Of a DNA stretch of 64,000 nucleotides, positions 56,801 to 64,000 are shown in pieces. The position numbers were made by a program, and so were the translations under genes. This stretch comes from Bugula neritina (taxonomy: Eukaryota > Animalia > Bryozoa). Numbering within the stretch: position 1 is the first letter of the stretch; each line of letters starts with the position of its first letter. Location of the stretch: contig OZ037767.1 of assembly GCA_964035545.1 (NCBI GenBank), positions 7,270,707 through 7,334,706 on the forward strand, given 5' to 3'. A model generated the notes under the pieces. The model ran no database searches. It was not told the DNA's origin and saw nothing but the letters and a program-made list of their open reading frames with translations.

Positions 56801-59800
56801 ACACAAGTTTGTAGCCTCAGTACCTGACTATAGTAACATGAGTTTGTAGCCTCAGTACCTGGCTATAGTAACATGAGTTTGTGGCCTCAGTACCTGACTA
56901 TAGTAACATGAGTTTGTAGCCTCAGTACCTGACTATAGTAACATGAGTTTGTGGCCTCAGTATCTGACTATAGTAACACGAATGTGTAGCCTCAGTACCT
57001 GACTATAGTAACACAAGTGTGTAGCCTCAGTACCTAACTGTAGTAACTGTTTCAGATCGAGTTAGCAACAGTTCCATCTGGGCAGTATTCAACTGCAGTG
57101 GTCGAGCCGTACAATGCCGTGTTCGCAACACACGAGTCTCTGATGAATTCAGACTGCGCTATCTTCTTTGACAACGAGTCTTTGTACAACATGATGAGTA
57201 AACAGTTGGAGATGTTCTCACCTACTTACAAAGATATTAATCGTCTTATTTCACAGGTACTCGTGAGATTGTAAATAACCAGTCCATTTTTACACTTTTC
57301 TGCAGCTACCAATAAAAAAGCAACACTTTTTAACAGCATTCAGCTATGCTGAGAGTTTGGCTTAAACTTACTCTAAAACATATTAGAATGTACCAACCTA
57401 TTGTTGTAAAGCAGAAATATTAAAAAATATTACTTGATGCGTTTGAGTTAATTTGCTGTAAATGTCTTTACAGCAAATGCTTTGTATGTTTTACACACGC
57501 AATCAGAATTGCAAAGTTACATTTTCTTTTATTAGAATTATTCTTCCCGAAACAGTTTCTAAATAGCTAAGATTAACTTACTTCATTCTAAGAAACCTGT
57601 ACAGTAATGTTCTTAACTACATCAGGTTGCAAAATTGGCTAAGAAATAGAAGCAGCTAAGTTACGTATGGGTGGCCTTACGCCAAATTATAGAAAAATCT
57701 TCTTTTAGTTAATTTCCGCCATGACAGCCGGGTTGCGATTCTCATCGTTACTAAATATAGACCTCACGGAAGTACAAACAAATTTGGTGCCTTATCCCAG
57801 GCTTCACTTCCCTACAGCTTCTATATCTCCTATAGTTCCTAAGAATGCAGCTTTACCTGCCAACCTACAGGTACAGAATTTATGATATACTGTAATATGA
57901 TTTTATGTATTTCAATTGATAATAAACATGCTATGTATTCTGTAACACAATTTTACATTTTTACCAATACTTTGCATTTCATAATTTACGTAATGAAAGA
58001 TCTTCTTCAGATATGCATTTAAGAATTTACCATGTAATTTAAACAGCTGCATAAAACAGGCAATTTTTTGAAATAGGCCTGTTTTGAATCTCACAAGTCT
58101 TACTGACATTCTTGTTTTTATATTTTGTAGATGAAGAAGGTACAGAAGCAGCCATTCTTTTATTAAAATGAACTTGTGTTTTGTTTGCTAGTTGTGTTTT
58201 GGTGTTTTTCTGCTCCAGTAATTTCCATTCAACGTTAAACTTATATAATATAATATACTTCTGTATATTAATTAAAAAGAATATTTTAATCAACTGAAGC
58301 ATATGTCTTGCATTAAAACAGTAACCTTGTATTAAGAGTAAACTGTTGAATCACTGTTTCAGGTGATGGGCACCGTTAAGATAACTAAGAAACTGTTCTC
58401 TAAACATAACTTCACACTAATGGTGGATCCCAACAATGGTAAATACATGAGCTGCTGCATCATGTATCGAGGTCAAGTCTTACCAAAGGAAATTAACTCT
58501 ACGATCCACATCTTGAAAAGGTAAGGCAGCTCTGGCATTAAAACAGGTAGATAGGTACACATGATGTGAATCGTTGTACTGATGAATAATACATATATTA
58601 CTATAGACACAAACATACTACATAATTGTAACAAATTTTATAAAAGATTTTACGGCAAATTTTTACAAAATTGCCAGTTTTTTCTAAAGCAAATTAAATT
58701 TCATAAAACTAACGCATGTATACAAATAATGATGTATTGCAGCTTTAGCTAATAAAATCACTTTATATATAATATATATAACAAGATAATTCAGGTCGAG
58801 CATATATAACGTCCTATGGTTATTTTTAGAACAAGATCCATACAATTTGTGGATTGGTGTCCAACTGGTTTTAAGATTGGTATAAACCACTCCAAGATGG
58901 TCATACCGAGATCTCTAAATATGGAGGCTGTAAGTAGAAAACAAACTTCAAGAAATTCAGACACTTTGAGTTAGTTAAGAAAAACTAAATTTCATATTTA
59001 ATATATTTAATAATTATGCATTTCTTACAGAAAAACCCTAACAACTTATAACTTATAAAGCTGTCTTCTTAAATTTTATATGTGCCAAAACTTTGTCTTA
59101 ACATTTCATTAAACAGGCAAACACGTCTGCTATTATGTTGGCCAATACCACGTCTATTCAAGAGTTCTGGAAGGTTCTCAACACCAAGTATGATTTAATG
59201 AACAGGAAAAGGAGCTTTTGGCATCATTACATACAGGAAGGGATGCCAGAAGAAGACTTTAGCGACTTCAGAGAAGATCTAGCAGCTCTAGGTTTGTTGG
59301 GCTAACTATGAAACACTGAGACATGCAGATGGTAGAATTCCATTCATTGATTTTACATACTTAATAAAATTTCTTTTAACTTCTTAATTCTCACCTATCT
59401 CTGTGCTGTTTGGGTAGCGGGTGCTACTTGAACTTCTTAATAATAAAGTTGAAAACAACTCTTCAAATGCATTGAAGAATCTGTCTTGGCTTGATCACAA
59501 TTATTACTTAATATATTGCTCCTCTCTCTTCCAGATCTGCTTACAGTGAGCTTAGCAAACTCATGGGTTTATATTTTGAATGAGCTATTCATGTTCATAT
59601 ATTAGGCTACAAATAGTGACTATAGAGCAACGTGTTTATAATATTACTTACTTTTGAAATACCTCATTTGCTGTGTGCTTCAAAGCTCAGCATATAGTCA
59701 CAGTTATAATACGATTATGTGCATGACATATCTTTTATAGAGATGGACTATTTGGAAGTAGCAGAAGACACCAAGATGGTGGATTATATGGACTGCGAAG

Positions 59801-59868
59801 AACACGAAGGTCAAGGTGATGGAAGTAGACTGAGTAAAATACAGGAAATAGATGAGAGTGAGTGCTAA
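53864..59868 (+). CDS. Highly divergent alpha-tubulin, multi-exon; ATG-only first exon at 53864 or 54270, exon 2 from 54656
   Basis: [79 protein letters not shown]. Confidence 0.88.
56691..57048. repeat. 35-bp minisatellite, about 10 copies, ending just before the acceptor at 57055
   Basis: Unit TAGTAACATGAGTTTGTAGCCTCAGTACCTGACTA. Confidence 0.92.
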
Positions 59869-60822
59869 ACTTTCCTAAAACTATTAGAGCATCATTTCCT
59901 AACATTTGGTTCTGTGATTTGAGTGTCAGTTTGGCTAAACCACACAGAAGCCATTGTTCAGTGTAGTCCCAGCCTAGCCTCAGAATAGTGAACTTGCTAA
60001 AAGCTCTCTTCACATGAAGCCCCATTAACCAGCACAACCAAATGAGCAATTTTAGCTAGCAACCTAATATCTAGCCCTAGTAGTGTCAGGTTGCAGTTCA
60101 GCACTTTTTGGGAGAGTTTGTCATAGGCAGCTACTCAATAGTTGCAACTGACTATTAGGTGTAAAAAAAGAGTTGGTTAAGTTGATGTACAGCTAACATA
60201 AATATATGTGCTGCTAAAAGCAATGCTGAAGTTATATTATAAATGAAATGAAAATAAATAAATGAGCTGCTATAACTAGCCATACTGAAGCAAAGCCCCA
60301 CACTGTTGGTTACCAGAAGTTTCGCTGATATTGAAACTAAAAGATTTACACAAATATTGTTGTTGCAGTTGCCACAGAAAACAGAATGTCCCGAACAGGA
60401 AGTCTACCATTGATCTCTCCGGATAGCAGACAGCATTTGGAATCTGGTTAATGATATATTTGCTAGAAATACACTCTGATACAAAACATGATCACAAACA
60501 TTGTATTGATAAATGATTACATAACTATGTTATTTCAAACAAATTTTGCTAAAAAAAAACAAGTAGATTACTACAAAAAAGAGAAAACCACTGAAACTGT
60601 GTCATGGGAAAAGAGAGCTCATGGCTGCGTAACTTCAACGGCTGTATTTGAGCGGAACAATTGCGTAGACTTGATCTAACAGACAAATGTTTTTGATCTA
60701 ATAAACAATAATACTTGTAACAAAACACAGTTTATTTAGACATTAAACAAAACTGTTTGCTTGACTGGCTGATTCATTAAAATAAATAGAAAAAGTATAT
60801 TTTAAAACGCCGAATGCTTTGT

Positions 60823-63800
60823 TCAAAACTGAGTTGCATGTTCTATGGTTACTACTTTGGTCTTGAGGTACTCGTTTAGAGCTTCCTGGCCTGAAATATA
60901 AAGAGGGACATCAGTTACCTCACACCATACTGCTATATAATATATACATGGACATGATGCTATATATTAATATATATGTTTAAATAATGCTAACATCGAG
61001 CAAGATATCTCACCTAAATCCTTTCCAAAACCAGATTGTTTAAAACCACCAAATGGAGCAGCCACATCAGTTTTGTTGTAAGTGTTGATAAAACACGTAC
61101 CAGCTTCAATTCTTCTCGCTACAAATTATATAATGGAATTCAGTAGAATATATAATACAAGTGAGTAATATGAAGTCAAAGAGGTTAAGAAGTTAAATGA
61201 GAGTGAAAAATGCTGTGTATATTATATACACACACCGACTCGCATGTGTCTCTTAGGAAAGACCTAGCAACCATAGATTGCCCTGAAGATAGCCTTAATA
61301 ACTGGCTAAGCATGACTCAGCTGTGTAGAATAGTTACAAGAGTATAGAGTAGTTACAAGAGTATAGAGTAGTTACATGAGATATAAGAGTGTAGTTATAT
61401 GAGTGTAGGGTAATGCAGGGTAATGGAGGGTAATGGAGGGTAATGCATGGTAATGCAGGGTAATGCAGGGTGATAAGGTGATACTAATACTCACAGACTT
61501 CAAGTGCCTTGTCTAGGTTTGATGTAAACACACCGGATGCCAGACCAAACTCCGTGTTATTAGCACTTTCGATAACGCCATCAACATCTCTAGAAGAATG
61601 GAAAGATGTCTGATTATTAGTAGCAAATTGATACTAAAAAATGGTTTTCTTTCACATCCAAGTCAAAATACTAATAAAATAGTTTTGCAGTGTAGGGTGA
61701 TGTTTGCTTAAACATGAAATTATTTTATATATTTTGGTAAACATATGTATATGCAGAGATAGACCAGCCTACCCAAACTGCTAACAGCAAATTACATGTA
61801 GACTTAATTTTTCATCAACTTATTACCTCATAATGTCAAGTTTAAGTCTTAAAAAGTGGATGTTATATGCATTATCATTATATATCAATATTATATATCA
61901 ACATTATATATAAAAATTATATATAGACATTATATATCAACATTATATATAATAACAAATATAAATATCACATATAAACATTATATGTATATAAATTATA
62001 TATAAACATTATATATTAACATTATATCAGTATTATATATCTACATTATACAAGGATATTATATATCAATAAACTAACATGTAACTGCATTGCAAGCCAA
62101 CCATTATTATTATATAGCCTTTGGTTATCACAAACCAAGTGGCAGACACTGAAATATAATGCATACCCGTCAGGAAAGCTAGAAACCACCATGATGGGCC
62201 CAAATGACTCTTCCTTGCTGATGAACATATGATCATCCACATTAGTGAATATAGTTGGCTCAAAAAACAGCCCTGGGCCCTCCACTCTTTTACCACCATA
62301 CACAAGGCGGGCGCCTTCTTTTACTCCTCGCTAAAAGACAATGACAGTGTTGAGCAACAACTGATACACATGTACAATTGTTTTTATTAATTTGAATATT
62401 TTGATATATAAAAAAAGGGCAAATGTGTCCTAGAAGTTACTCCAGCCCATCCTTGGATACACGCAAGTGTTGATAGACAAGACCCGATAACATACACACC
62501 TCCACGTAGTCAATCAGACTATTGAGATGTGCCAGGTGGTTCTGTGGTCCGTGGTCTACAGATCTGTCTAGTGGGTTACCAATCTTCATCTTCTTAGTCT
62601 CAGTGATAACCTTGTCTATGAACTCGTCATGTATGCTCTCCTCCACAAATATCCTACCTGCGGCTATGCAGTTCTCACCTTTGTTGAAGAACACTCCGCT
62701 CAGAGTCTGCAACACACAACCAACATAAGGTACAAGTGTTACACATAAGAGTTGGTTCTAAGAGTTGAGCAGTGAATTATGCAAACAGAATGAACCATAT
62801 AAAATGTGATGAGACCAACAAAAGTAATGACTTTAAATTAGCGTGCAGTTTGCCAGACGGTAACTTATAACTAACTCATATTATTCAATTATAGAGCATT
62901 GGTGAGACACATTTTTTTCTAATTTACAACAAAAAGGACATAATGGGAGAAAAAAAGTTTTATGTTCAAATCGACAAAATTTCACATCAACTTCTAAATC
63001 TGAGGAGTTCAATGTACACATCAACATGCACGAGGATGTATGCTTATATCACAGCTTTGATCATTAGCTCTAGGGTATAGTTTATTTCTAGGATTTACAT
63101 GATACAATGCTATTTTAACAGTGATGCTCTAGTTAGCACAACTGTAGCAAGACATGATGACTTACCATTCGTACGGCCTTTGCCATATCACAATCAGCAA
63201 ATATGATGAGTGGAGATTTACCTCCTAGCTCAAGAGAGCATTTCTTAAGATTGCTGTTAGCACAAGAGGCCATGATCTGTTTGCCAACAGGAGTGGATCC
63301 AGTGAAACCCACTTTACGAACATCAGGGTGGTCGATGATTGCTTGACCACACACCCTGCCTACAGAACAGAAACAGAGTTAAGTGTCATAGGCTACAAGC
63401 AACGTGCCAAGTTATGTGAAAGTTGATTTCAACTCACCAGAACATTTATTGAAAACAAATGTCTTCTAAATCTGCTCACTATAAAAATACATAAAATGCT
63501 ATGCTCCATGATATAAAGGTGTGAAATACTGTATATAAATATATTCACCTGATACGGAGAGTCTACTGTATATAAATATATTCACCTGATATGGAAAGTA
63601 TACTGTATATAAATATATTCACCTGATATGGAGAGTATATAAATATATTCACCTGATATGGAGAGTCTACTGTATATAAATATATTCACCTGATATGGAG
63701 AGTATATAAATATATTCACCTGATATGGAGAGTATATAAATATATTCACCTGATATGGAGAGTATATAAATATATTCACCTGATATGGAGAGTATATAAA

Positions 63801-64000
63801 TATATTCACCTGATCCAGGAAGTATGTTAATGACTCCAGGAGGGAAACCGGCTCTCGCCGCCAGCTCTGCAAACTTGAGAGAAGTTAATGGAGTGACTTG
63901 AGCAGGTTTGAGAACCACAGTGTTTCCAGCGGCTAGACAGGGGGAAATCTTCCATGCTAACATCATGAGGGGATAATTCCAAGGAGTGATTATTCCACAA
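60823..64000 (-). CDS. ALDH1L: 10-formyltetrahydrofolate dehydrogenase, C-terminal ALDH domain exons; gene continues off the window
   Basis: [43 protein letters not shown] and [25 protein letters not shown] are diagnostic for ALDH1L1/2. Confidence 0.93.
63529..63813 (-). repeat. 30/37-bp minisatellite, about 9 copies, each duplicating the exon-intron junction ATCAG|GTGAAT
   Basis: Minus-strand unit GTGAATATATTTATATACTCTCCATATCAG. Confidence 0.92.

Noticed and set aside
60823-60845. ALDH1L C-terminal extension HATQF as a peroxisomal signal
   Set aside because: TQF does not match the PTS1 consensus.

Overview
Eukaryotic (invertebrate-like, AT-rich, intron-rich) genomic window. Bases 1-10573 are the right part of an integrated Polinton/Maverick (adintovirus-type) element. 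It carries a protein-primed PolB with an in-frame stop, DJR major and minor capsid genes, core/membrane-lytic proteins, a Zn-ribbon-PLA2-integrase-chromodomain fusion, an A32/FtsK packaging ATPase and a frameshifted fibre-like gene. The element ends in a 101-bp self-complementary AGTAGT...ACTACT hairpin. Ten viral ORFs start at a (TATA/TAA)TAAATG motif identical to the poxvirus late initiator, and two of them share one perfect 18-bp palindrome. The rest is host DNA: spliced TMEM63/OSCA (-), a C2H2 zinc-finger gene (+), BTBD7 (+), a PSTPIP-like F-BAR gene (+), a very divergent alpha-tubulin (+) and the 3' part of ALDH1L (-). Among these lie tRNA-derived SINEs, MITE-like fold-backs and minisatellites anchored on splice sites. 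Exon boundaries were read by eye and no database searches were run.
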